Notes: a model not told the origin generated them from the sequence alone. A stretch of DNA of 64,000 bases from an uncultured Bacillota bacterium (GCA_946495675.1 CAMMDQ010000001.1:146225-210224); one strand, 5' to 3'. Counted from the first letter of the stretch, positions 44,831 to 52,865 are shown. Program-made: numbers and translations.

Positions 44831-45997
44831 ATGAAAAATATTGTAAGAAAAACAAGAAGACCCAATGGTGAAGGTAGTATTTATTATTGTAATGGTTATT
44901 GGTGTTGTAAAAGGTGGACTATTGAAAATGGAATTAAGAAACGAAAAACAATATATGCAAAAACAAAAATTGAGTTAATGAAAAAGTATATTGAGAAATT
45001 TGGACAGCCAATCCAAAATGACATTTTAGAAAATGATTTTTGTGATAGTATGCTATTTTGGATTTTGAATGTTAAAAAATTATATGTTTCTTCCAGAACA
45101 ATCGCTGGTAACATATCAATATTTAGAAATTACATTATATCTTATTTTACCAACAAAAAAATCTGTGAAATTGGGAATGAAACACTTGTGCTATATTTTA
45201 ATGTTTTACTAGATAAACAAGTAACAAAAAATAGTTTTTATAAGTGTAAATTTCTGCTAAGTCAGTTTTTTAGATATTTAAAACAAAAGGATAATTCATT
45301 TAATTATCCTTTTATTTTATCTAATATAAAATATAAGGGGATATATAGAAATACAAACGATTACAAGGCTATTCCTGTTGAAATTCGTGAAAAGTTTATA
45401 ACCTTGTTAAATAAAAATAAACTAATCAAAGTTGTTTGTTATCTAGGGTTATATGCAGGTTTAAGAATAGGAGAAATTTTAGCGTTAAAATGGGCAGATG
45501 TAGATTTTGATGATAAAGTGATAAAAATTAGAAGGTCTCTAACTTCTGAATTAAGTTTTGATAATAATGGACAAACAATTAAAATGATTAATGTATTAGG
45601 TTCTACAAAAACAGAATGTAGTTTAAGAAATGTTGCTATACCAAATAGATTATTAAAATGTCTTTTGGATTGGTATAATGAAATGTCGTTTTTACACAAA
45701 ATCAGCAATAATTCCAAACCAATATATGTTTTAGGTGGAGTAGAGCCTAGGACTTACACATCTATAAGTAAAAGGTTTCATAGATTTTTAAAATATAACA
45801 ACTTTGATAAATATAACATTCATTTTCATACTTTACGACATACTTATGCAACAATGCTATTAGAAAAAGGAACAAACCCTAAAATCGTTCAATTCCTATT
45901 AGGCCATAGAAGTGTGAAAACAACTTTGGAAATATATAATAGTATAGTTTCTGACAGTTCTGAAATCAAACATATTGTTAAACTATTGTTTGATTAA
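44831..45997 (+). CDS. int: Tyrosine-type site-specific integrase
   Basis: The C-terminal catalytic region reads GLRIGEILALKWADVD...HTLRHTYATMLLEKGTNPKIVQFLLGHRSVKTTLEIY. An arm-binding-like N-terminus reads RRPNGEGSIYY. An AGGAGG RBS precedes the start. Confidence 0.9.
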   Translation: MKNIVRKTRRPNGEGSIYYCNGYWCCKRWTIENGIKKRKTIYAKTKIELMKKYIEKFGQPIQNDILENDFCDSMLFWILNVKKLYVSSRTIAGNISIFRNYIISYFTNKKICEIGNETLVLYFNVLLDKQVTKNSFYKCKFLLSQFFRYLKQKDNSFNYPFILSNIKYKGIYRNTNDYKAIPVEIREKFITLLNKNKLIKVVCYLGLYAGLRIGEILALKWADVDFDDKVIKIRRSLTSELSFDNNGQTIKMINVLGSTKTECSLRNVAIPNRLLKCLLDWYNEMSFLHKISNNSKPIYVLGGVEPRTYTSISKRFHRFLKYNNFDKYNIHFHTLRHTYATMLLEKGTNPKIVQFLLGHRSVKTTLEIYNSIVSDSSEIKHIVKLLFD

Positions 45998-46285
45998 TTA
46001 TAAGTGCGTTTTTAATTAATTTGGATTGTTCGAGATTATTGAAAATATGTAAAGGGAAAGATTTAATTACATATTGTAAAAGAATATTTAAATGAATTTT
46101 CTTAAAATTTGTCAGCAAATCTTGAAATTTTATATTTTTATATAGTATTATAGGAATAATAATATAAATTTTATTTTCAAAAAAATGTAAATCTAATTGT
46201 ATTTTATAAAAAAATAGTCTATAATATTTGTGTAAGTTGCAAAAAAAATGCAACAAGCATATTTTATATAAAGGAGAATTATATT

Positions 46286-47626
46286 ATGCTTTATTTTAAT
46301 ATTAAGAATTTTAGAGTTTTTAATGAAGAAACATTTTTAGATTTAAGGGCAAATAAAAGAAAAACAAAATATGCAGAAAATTTAATAACAAAGGATTATA
46401 TTAAAAAAAAGAAAAATATTTTAGAAAAATTATTACCTTATTCTGTAATATATGGCGGGAATGCTTCGGGTAAAACATCTATTATTAAAGCTATGGCATT
46501 GTTAAGAAATATAATTTTAGATGGTCGCATATATTCTGATAATCCTCAAGAAATTTTACACTCTTTAGAATTGTTCCCATACTTACATGACTATAATAAA
46601 TACATCGAACCAATGAAATTAGCTATTGGATTTATTTATAAAAAGAAAAAATATGAGTTTGTATTAAAAATAAAGTGCATGTTAAGAGAAGAATATTTTT
46701 ATGCCGACAGGGAGATTTTTGAAGAACAGTTGTTTATAAATGATGAAGAAATATATTTTAGGAATAGTACAAGTGTTATATTTAATGGTGAAAAATTTGA
46801 AATAGGCAAAGATGAAGGTCAAGAACATATTACAAAGGAAGAATTATTTTTGTATTCACAATTTAAAACTGGCAAATATAATGCTGATTTTCAAAATATA
46901 TTATATTGGTTTAGATTTCATTTTGTTGTTGTAGATGATATATCAAATCTAAGAACTACAGTTGAAGGTAGTTTGCCACCATATTTAAAAAGCATTGACT
47001 TAAGAAATAAAATAATTGATGCAGTTACAAATTTATCTGATTTTGGACCTCAAGATATTTTCTATAGAGTAAATGCAACTGAAGGCGGAAATAGCACTGA
47101 AATGAGAGCTCATTATAATATAAAGGGACACCCTAAATTAGGAATTGACACACCTGCCATTAATACTGAATCTACAGGAACTATAAAGCTAGTGAATATA
47201 GCACTTTTTCTAGTGGATAGTTTGCTGAATGGTAATACTGTTGTAATAGATGAATTTGATTCATCATTGCATTTTGCTCTTATAAAAGAAATTGTTAATT
47301 TATACACAGATAATGAAATCAATTCGGGGAAAGGTCAAATAATTTTTACATCTCATAATCCTATTTTTATTCCATTAGTTAAGATTAGAAGGGATCAGAT
47401 TTATTTCATTGAAAAAAATTCGGACAATTACTCTAGTTCTCTATATTCATTGTCAGATTTTCCATCAGAAGATGTGCGAACCAGTGAGGCGTTTATTAAA
47501 AATTATTTAGATGGTAAATATGGTGCTCTACCATCTTTTGATTTTAAAAGTGAAATAAAAAAAGCTTTACTTATTATAAAAAGGTTAAGACAAGATGTCG
47601 AAAAAAATGCTGCCAGTAAGGCCTAA
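46286..47626 (+). CDS. AAA/ABC-type ATPase (AAA_21/AbiLi-like)
   Basis: Walker A is GGNASGKTS, Walker B with D-loop is VVIDEFDSSLH, and the H-loop is FTSHNP. An AAAGGAG RBS precedes the start. Confidence 0.8.
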   Translation: MLYFNIKNFRVFNEETFLDLRANKRKTKYAENLITKDYIKKKKNILEKLLPYSVIYGGNASGKTSIIKAMALLRNIILDGRIYSDNPQEILHSLELFPYLHDYNKYIEPMKLAIGFIYKKKKYEFVLKIKCMLREEYFYADREIFEEQLFINDEEIYFRNSTSVIFNGEKFEIGKDEGQEHITKEELFLYSQFKTGKYNADFQNILYWFRFHFVVVDDISNLRTTVEGSLPPYLKSIDLRNKIIDAVTNLSDFGPQDIFYRVNATEGGNSTEMRAHYNIKGHPKLGIDTPAINTESTGTIKLVNIALFLVDSLLNGNTVVIDEFDSSLHFALIKEIVNLYTDNEINSGKGQIIFTSHNPIFIPLVKIRRDQIYFIEKNSDNYSSSLYSLSDFPSEDVRTSEAFIKNYLDGKYGALPSFDFKSEIKKALLIIKRLRQDVEKNAASKA

Positions 47627-48275
47627 AAGAAAATTTGAGCACCAAATTTTTGCTTATTATGAAGGAGAACAGGAAGAAGAATATTTCTCTCATTTAAAAA
47701 CATTAATCAATGAGCACGTAAAAAATAATTTAAAAATTAAAATAGTTCCAAAAAATTGTGGAGGTGGAAATCCTAAGACCCCTGTATTAACAGCAATAAA
47801 AAACTGTAGTGCCAATAAGACTCCGCTTGTTGTGTTTGATTTTGATAATAAAAAAAAAGAATTTGAAGAAGCTATTGACTTATCAATAAAAAATAAATTT
47901 AACATGGGATATTCCAACATTAATTTTGATTATTGGTTGGTCTTACATAAACTAGAAAAAAACAAGATTATTTATGGTGAAAAAAGTAGTAATGATGCTT
48001 ATGTAAAAATTCTTAAAGAAGTTTATCAACTTTCAGATAGGGATGATATAAAAAATTCAGATATTATTAAAAAGATAGTTTCTAAAATAACCCTTGATGA
48101 TGTTTATCATGCTATTGATTGTTGTAAATTAATAGAGAAACGAAATAAATCAACTCCAGAGAAAAAATGCTATACTCAAAAAAATAATATATATTATACA
48201 AATCCTGATATGCAAATTTATAAAGTTGTAGAAAAGTTATTAAATAAATGTTTAAAAAAAACTAAAAGTAGATAA
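47595..48275 (+). CDS. RloB/AbiLii-like (Toprim-like) protein
   Basis: The N-terminus RPKRKFEHQIFAYYEGEQEEEYF fits the RloB pattern (k+....ilivcEGe.tE..YF). VVFDFDN supplies a DxD motif. The gene overlaps the ATPase gene by 32 nt. Confidence 0.7.
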   Translation: MSKKMLPVRPKRKFEHQIFAYYEGEQEEEYFSHLKTLINEHVKNNLKIKIVPKNCGGGNPKTPVLTAIKNCSANKTPLVVFDFDNKKKEFEEAIDLSIKNKFNMGYSNINFDYWLVLHKLEKNKIIYGEKSSNDAYVKILKEVYQLSDRDDIKNSDIIKKIVSKITLDDVYHAIDCCKLIEKRNKSTPEKKCYTQKNNIYYTNPDMQIYKVVEKLLNKCLKKTKSR

Positions 48276-48470
48276 ATAACAAAATTTGACAGTTCCACTG
48301 ACTAATTTTTTATCCTAGTAGGACCAATTGACCCCAATTACACAGAATTAGACCGAAATAGATAGTAAATTTTAGTCTTTTCACTTTTGATAAAAAACGG
48401 TTAAAAAATCTCTATAATGACGATAGTTCAAAAATAAAAATGGCTCTATAAAATAAAAGTAAATTTTAGT

Positions 48471-48520
48471 AAAAAATAAAACCCTTTAAAGTGGCTAAAT
48501 GCCTTTATTTTAAAGGGTTT
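48471..48520 (-). terminator. Terminator of the island-borne tRNA-Thr
   Basis: AAACCCTTTAAA (48479-48490) pairs with TTTAAAGGGTTT (48509-48520). A T-run follows on the minus strand. Confidence 0.6.
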
Positions 48521-48528
48521 TATGTGCT

Positions 48529-48604
48529 TGGAGCTAACGAGCAGATTCGAACTGCCGACCTTTACATTACCAATGTAATGCGCTACCTACTGCGCCACGT
48601 TAGC
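48529..48604 (-). tRNA. tRNA-Thr (anticodon GGU), intact, CCA encoded
   Basis: The minus strand reads GCTAACG TG GCGC AGTAGGTA GCGC A TTACA TTGGTAA TGTAA AGGTC GGCAG TTCGAAT CTGCT CGTTAGC T CCA. This is 76 nt and all four stems pair. Confidence 0.9.
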
Positions 48605-48675
48605 ATATTAAATTGGCTCCATAATTTTGGGGTATATTTAGTTTTTTATTTAGTCTTTTTTAGGCGCTAAAATTT

Positions 48676-48715
48676 CCTTACCAAGGCGGTGCACTACCGA
48701 CTGTGCTACATTAGC
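48676..48715 (-). pseudogene. Orphan tRNA-Thr 5' half B (acceptor through anticodon loop)
   Basis: The minus strand reads GCTAATG TA GCAC AGTCGGTA GTGC A CCGCC TTGGTAA GG, after which tRNA similarity ends. No matching 3' half is present in the window. Confidence 0.8.
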
Positions 48716-48776
48716 ATATTCAGTTTTTGAGTTAAATTTTGTTGATTTTCGAGTGATAAAATTTGCCATTTTTTAT

Positions 48777-48815
48777 CTTACCAAGGCTGTGCGCTACCTG
48801 CTGCGCCACATAAGC
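48777..48815 (-). pseudogene. Orphan tRNA-Thr 5' half A, the partner of the 3' half at 44669-44715
   Basis: The minus strand reads GCTTATG TG GCGC AGCAGGTA GCGC A CAGCC TTGGTAA G. It is complementary to half A' (CAGCC/GGCTG and GCTTATG/TATAAGC). Confidence 0.85.
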
Positions 48816-49098
48816 ATAAAATCTTCTGACAAAAATGAGTTGGTCGTTTTTGCAGGACCTATTTTTGCAGGCATGGCGAAGTTATATTGTGCTAGTTTTT
48901 ATGATGCCATTTAAGATTGTTGGGTTTCGAAAAGGTTGATTCAACTAGACCATGCCCCCAAAACATCATTATTCTTTTTTTTTTGAGTTTGTCAAATCAA
49001 AAGAATTGTTGGCAAATGAAGCCAAATTTCAATTGCCGTATTAATTTTAACAAAATCAGATTGTCTTGTCAAGCGGTTTTGCAATATAAAGAAATTTA

Positions 49099-49127
49099 TT
49101 GACTTAAGAAAGAAAATTTTTTATAAT
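49099..49127 (+). promoter_or_regulatory. Consensus SigA promoter abutting the sufC start codon
   Basis: TTGACT (49099-49104), a 17-nt spacer, then TATAAT (49122-49127). The ATG at 49134 lies 6 nt after the -10 element. Confidence 0.55.
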
Positions 49128-49133
49128 GAATAT

Positions 49134-49841
49134 ATGTTGAAAATTAAGAACCTAAATTATTCTGTCGAAGAAAATTCGATGAAAAAAGATATTTTAAAAG
49201 ACATTAACCTGACTTTTGAAGACAATAAATTATATGTCATAACCGGGCATAATGGAAGTGGAAAATCTACGCTACTTAAAATTATTATGGGTATTGTGCA
49301 AAAAAGCAGTGGGCAAATCGTTTTGGACGGTGAAGATATTTCAAATTTAAGCATAACCGAAAGGGGGAGAAAAGGGATTTGTTATGCTTTTCAACAACCG
49401 GTGACATTTAAGGGGCTTAAGGTTAAGGATTTGCTTGACATTGCTGCAGGTCAAAATCACAATCTTTCACAGATGTGTGATATTTTGTCTAAGGTTGGCT
49501 TGTGTGCTAAAGATTATATCAATCGCTTTTTAGATGATAAACTTTCTGGAGGAGAGCTTAAAAGAATAGAGTTGGCTCAAGCTTTGGCAAGAGGGGGCAA
49601 GCTGAATATGTTTGACGAGCCAGAAGCGGGGATCGATTTGTGGAGTTTTGAAAATTTGACTTCCCTTTTTGATAATCTTAAGGGTGGGATCACAATCGTT
49701 GTCAGCCATCAAAAACGAATTCTTGAAATTGCTGATGAAATTATTTTGCTCAGTGATGGGCAGGTCGTTATGCAGGGAAGCGGAAAGAAAATGCTATCCT
49801 TGCTTGATGATAAAAGTTGCGGCAGGCTAAGGGGGAATTGA
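49134..49841 (+). CDS. sufC: Fe-S cluster assembly ATPase SufC-like
   Basis: MLKIKNLNYSV...ILKDINL aligns with SufC N-termini. Motifs are GHNGSGKSTL, LSGGELKR and MFDEPEAGID. Confidence 0.85.
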   Translation: MLKIKNLNYSVEENSMKKDILKDINLTFEDNKLYVITGHNGSGKSTLLKIIMGIVQKSSGQIVLDGEDISNLSITERGRKGICYAFQQPVTFKGLKVKDLLDIAAGQNHNLSQMCDILSKVGLCAKDYINRFLDDKLSGGELKRIELAQALARGGKLNMFDEPEAGIDLWSFENLTSLFDNLKGGITIVVSHQKRILEIADEIILLSDGQVVMQGSGKKMLSLLDDKSCGRLRGN

Positions 49842-49843
49842 AA

Positions 49844-50764
49844 ATGGACAAAATTGACAGAGAGCTTCTTGAAAAGGTTGCCCAGCTGCACAAAGTGCCT
49901 GCAGGGGCTTTTAACATACGCAAAAATGGACAAGCTCAAATGCGGCAAAGTACAAAAGAAATCGAAATTGTTCCAAAATCAAGCAAAAGTGGCATTGACA
50001 TTATCATAAAAAAGGGAGTTAAAAACAAAAGTGTGCATATCCCTGTGATTATCACATTGGGTGGATTTAAAGACCTTGTTTATAATGATTTCTATATTGG
50101 GGATGATTGTGATATAACCATAATTGCAGGTTGTGGCATTCATAATAAAACTTGTCAAGATAGTCAACATGACGGAATTCACACTTTTCATGTTGGGAAA
50201 AACAGCAAAGTCAGATATGTTGAAAAACACTATGGACAGGGAGATGGTAGCGGGGAAAAAATATTAAATCCAATCACCAGAGTGTATATGAAAGAGAATT
50301 CGCAAATGGACTTTGAATCCTTACAAATAGGTGGAGTTTCAAGCACAATCAGGAAAACCTATGCTAAGCTAAAAGAAAACTGTGTTTTGAACATAAAAGA
50401 GAACATTTTGACAACAGAAACACAATACGCAAAAACTTATTTTAAAGTTAAACTGATGGGCAAAAATTCGAAATGTGAAGTTGTAAGCCACAGTGTTGCA
50501 AAAGATGATTCGGTGCAAGAGTTTGTGTCTGATGTAATTGGGGAAAGTGAATGTTTTGCCCATGTTGAGTGTGATGGAATTTTGCTGGACAGAGCGAGAA
50601 TTGTTTCTACTCCTAAAATTGATGCAATCAACAAAAACGCATCTCTTGTTCACGAAGCTGCAATTGGAAAAATTGCAGGAGAGCAGTTGATTAAATTGAT
50701 GAGTCTTGGGCTTGATCAAGATCAAGCTGAGCAAGTGATTATTAAAGGCTTTTTGGAAAACTAA
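49844..50764 (+). CDS. sufB: SufB/SufD-family Fe-S assembly protein (short form, 306 aa)
   Basis: The gene lies directly downstream of sufC. The C-terminal SufBD beta-helix pattern ends in ASLVHEAAIGKIAGEQLIKLMSLGLDQDQAEQVIIKGF. AAGGGGG precedes the ATG at 49844. Confidence 0.75.
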   Translation: MDKIDRELLEKVAQLHKVPAGAFNIRKNGQAQMRQSTKEIEIVPKSSKSGIDIIIKKGVKNKSVHIPVIITLGGFKDLVYNDFYIGDDCDITIIAGCGIHNKTCQDSQHDGIHTFHVGKNSKVRYVEKHYGQGDGSGEKILNPITRVYMKENSQMDFESLQIGGVSSTIRKTYAKLKENCVLNIKENILTTETQYAKTYFKVKLMGKNSKCEVVSHSVAKDDSVQEFVSDVIGESECFAHVECDGILLDRARIVSTPKIDAINKNASLVHEAAIGKIAGEQLIKLMSLGLDQDQAEQVIIKGFLEN

Positions 50765-50787
50765 AAACGCATGTTTTTAGTTTTTTG
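50761..50787 (+). terminator. Rho-independent terminator
   Basis: CTAAAAAC/GTTTTTAG form the stem around loop GCAT, followed by T6. Confidence 0.7.
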
Positions 50788-50850
50788 TTGAAATTATGCA
50801 AAAATTTCACTTAAAATTATAGAAATTAAGTAAAGCATGCAAAAATCATG

Positions 50851-50879
50851 TTGAAATGTGCTTTAATCTGTGATATAAT
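50851..50879 (+). promoter_or_regulatory. SigA-type promoter of the LRR gene
   Basis: TTGAAA, a 17-nt spacer, then TGaTATAAT. Confidence 0.55.
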
Positions 50880-50897
50880 TTTCGTAAGGAGGAATAG

Positions 50898-52865
50898 ATG
50901 AAAAAAGAAAGTGGAGTTTTAATAAGCGTTTCCGATGTTGATGTAGACCTGTTGGAAACAAGTCCAGAAGAATTTTGGGAAGGGGTGAAAGAGATTGGTT
51001 GGATAGCTTTCGAGAATTGTTCAAATTTGCAAAACATTGCAATCCCATCTAGTGTGACAAAGATTGGTTGGCGTGCTTTCGAGAATTGTTCAAATTTGCA
51101 AAGCATCATAATCCCATCTAGTGTGACAGAGATTGGTTTTGAAGCTTTCAGAGATTGTTCAAGTCTTCAAAGCATTAAAATCCCATCTAGTATGACAAAG
51201 ATTGGGGAAGGCGCATTTAGTGGTTGTTCAAATTTGCAAAGTATAAATATTTCATCCGGTATGACAGAGATTGGCGTGGGGGCTTTCAAAGATTGTTCAG
51301 GCCTGCAAAGCATTACAATCCCATCTAGTGTGACAAAGATTGGGTGGTGTGCTTTCGAGAATTGTTCAAATTTGCAAAGCATCATAATCCCATCTAGTGT
51401 GACAGAGATTGGTCCGAGTGCTTTCATGGATTGTTCAAGTCTGCAAAACATTGCAATTCCATCCAGTGTGACAGAGATTGGTCCGCATGCTTTCATGGAT
51501 TGTTCAAGTCTGCAAAACATTACAATCCCATCTAGTGTGACAGAGATTGGGTGGAGTGCTTTTAGTAATTGTACAAGTTTGCAAAACATTACAATCCCAT
51601 CTAGTATGACAAAAATTGGGAGTGGTGCTTTCGGAGGTTGTTCAAGTCTTCAAAGCATTAAAATCCCATCTAGTGTGACAGAGATTGGGAGTGGTTCTTT
51701 CAGAGATTGTTCAAGTCTTCAAAGCATTAAAATCCCATCTAGTGTGACAAAGATTGGGAAAGAGTCATTTATGAATTGTTCAGATTTGCAAAGTATAAAT
51801 ATTCCATCTAGTGTGACAGAGATCGGGGAAGGCGCATTTAGTGGTTGTTCAAATTTGCAAAGTATCGTAATCCCATCTAGTGTGACAGAGATTGGTTGGG
51901 GCGCTTTCAAGAATTGTTCAAGTCTGCAAAGCATTGCAATCCCGACTAGTATGACGAAGATTGGGAGACACGCATTTGAGTCTTGCTCAAATTTGCAGAA
52001 CATTGCAATCCCGACTAGTGTGACAGAGATTGATTTTGAAGCTTTCAGAGATTGTTCAAGTCTGCAAAGCATAAATATTCCATCTAGCGTGACAAAGATT
52101 TGGGACGCCGCGTTTATGAATTGTTCAAATTTGCAAAGCATTGCAATCCCATCTAGTGTGACAAAGATTGGGTGGGATGCTTTCAAGAATTGTTCAAATT
52201 TGCAAAGCATTGAATTCACAGCTGGTGTAGAGAAAATAGCAGATGATGCGTTTGACAATTGTAGCATTGATTTGACAATAAAATTTGATAATATTATGCA
52301 AATGGGTGACATCTCTATAGAACCTTTTGAAAAGTTTAAGCATGTTTATCTTCGCAAAGATGGGGCAAACGCGATTATTTCGGCTAAACAGCAAAAATAT
52401 GGACCAGAATATATTGAAGTCGATTTGAAAACTTTTTGCGGTTCAAACTCAAGAAAAAATACACTTCAAGCGGTAGAATGGAAAAGTCAAGGCAAAATTC
52501 CATATATTCCTCGGCATCGATATCTGTTTGAGATTTTCCCACCTGAGCAGTTTAAAAATTATTTTATTAACAAAAACTATAGCAAATGGAGAAAGCTTTT
52601 AAAAGAGCTTGGATTTGAACGGTTGGATGGTCAGCGAAAATACAATTCCATTATCGACCTTATGAAAATCTATTATGCCTTGGGTGGTTTTTCAGAAAAC
52701 CAAAAGGCTGTGGACGACGCCTATAATTATATTATTGAACGTTTTGTAGATGCAAAACAAGATTCTTATGAACTACAAAAAAGATTCGGAGATCCACAAT
52801 ACCAAGAGACAACAGAGATTTGCAAACAGGAAATTGAGAAGACGATTGGTGAAGCAGAAAAATAG
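50898..52865 (+). CDS. BspA-type leucine-rich-repeat protein (about 18 x 23 aa) with an unassigned C-terminal domain
   Basis: The repeat unit is IPSSVTEIG.GAF..CSSLQSI. No signal peptide is present. An AAGGAGG RBS precedes the start. Confidence 0.85.
   Translation: MKKESGVLISVSDVDVDLLETSPEEFWEGVKEIGWIAFENCSNLQNIAIPSSVTKIGWRAFENCSNLQSIIIPSSVTEIGFEAFRDCSSLQSIKIPSSMTKIGEGAFSGCSNLQSINISSGMTEIGVGAFKDCSGLQSITIPSSVTKIGWCAFENCSNLQSIIIPSSVTEIGPSAFMDCSSLQNIAIPSSVTEIGPHAFMDCSSLQNITIPSSVTEIGWSAFSNCTSLQNITIPSSMTKIGSGAFGGCSSLQSIKIPSSVTEIGSGSFRDCSSLQSIKIPSSVTKIGKESFMNCSDLQSINIPSSVTEIGEGAFSGCSNLQSIVIPSSVTEIGWGAFKNCSSLQSIAIPTSMTKIGRHAFESCSNLQNIAIPTSVTEIDFEAFRDCSSLQSINIPSSVTKIWDAAFMNCSNLQSIAIPSSVTKIGWDAFKNCSNLQSIEFTAGVEKIADDAFDNCSIDLTIKFDNIMQMGDISIEPFEKFKHVYLRKDGANAIISAKQQKYGPEYIEVDLKTFCGSNSRKNTLQAVEWKSQGKIPYIPRHRYLFEIFPPEQFKNYFINKNYSKWRKLLKELGFERLDGQRKYNSIIDLMKIYYALGGFSENQKAVDDAYNYIIERFVDAKQDSYELQKRFGDPQYQETTEICKQEIEKTIGEAEK
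50991..52240 (+). repeat. 69-bp periodic coding repeats (LRR units)
   Basis: The 69-bp periodicity is visible throughout. An exact 65-bp duplicate lies at 51073-51137 and 51349-51413. Confidence 0.85.

Larger units (their letters stand above)
44706..48786. mobile_element. Integrative island (~4.06 kb) inserted in the anticodon loop of tRNA-Thr
   Basis: The island is bounded by the 10-bp direct repeat CTTACCAAGG (44706-44715 and 48777-48786; a third copy lies at 48677-48686). A tyrosine integrase sits at the left end. The cargo is an ATPase/RloB gene pair, an intact tRNA-Thr and a tRNA 5' half. By eye the DNA is more AT-rich than the flanks. Confidence 0.75.

Noticed and set aside
45978-46256. 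A 92-aa minus-strand ORF lies between the integrase and ATPase genes. It was considered as an excisionase or regulator.
   Set aside because: The region is extremely AT-rich. The product is Ile/Leu/Lys/Phe-rich with no HTH pattern and no RBS. The region is more likely a promoter or operator.
48529-48604. The intact tRNA-Thr was considered as the integration target, restored by island sequence.
   Set aside because: Its acceptor and anticodon stems pair only with each other. Its loop context (CATTGGTAATG) differs from the CCTTGGTAAGG core shared by the three junction copies. The orphan halves A and A' match each other instead.
48917-49102. A 61-aa ORF lies upstream of sufC.
   Set aside because: There is no RBS, the start is TTG, the composition is atypical, and it overlaps the sufC promoter.
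50991-52312. The regular 69-bp periodicity was considered as a CRISPR-like array, along with the antisense ORFs at 51167-51589 and 51719-52312.
   Set aside because: The repeats are contiguous with no unique spacers, are in frame, and encode canonical LRR units. The antisense ORFs are repeat artefacts.
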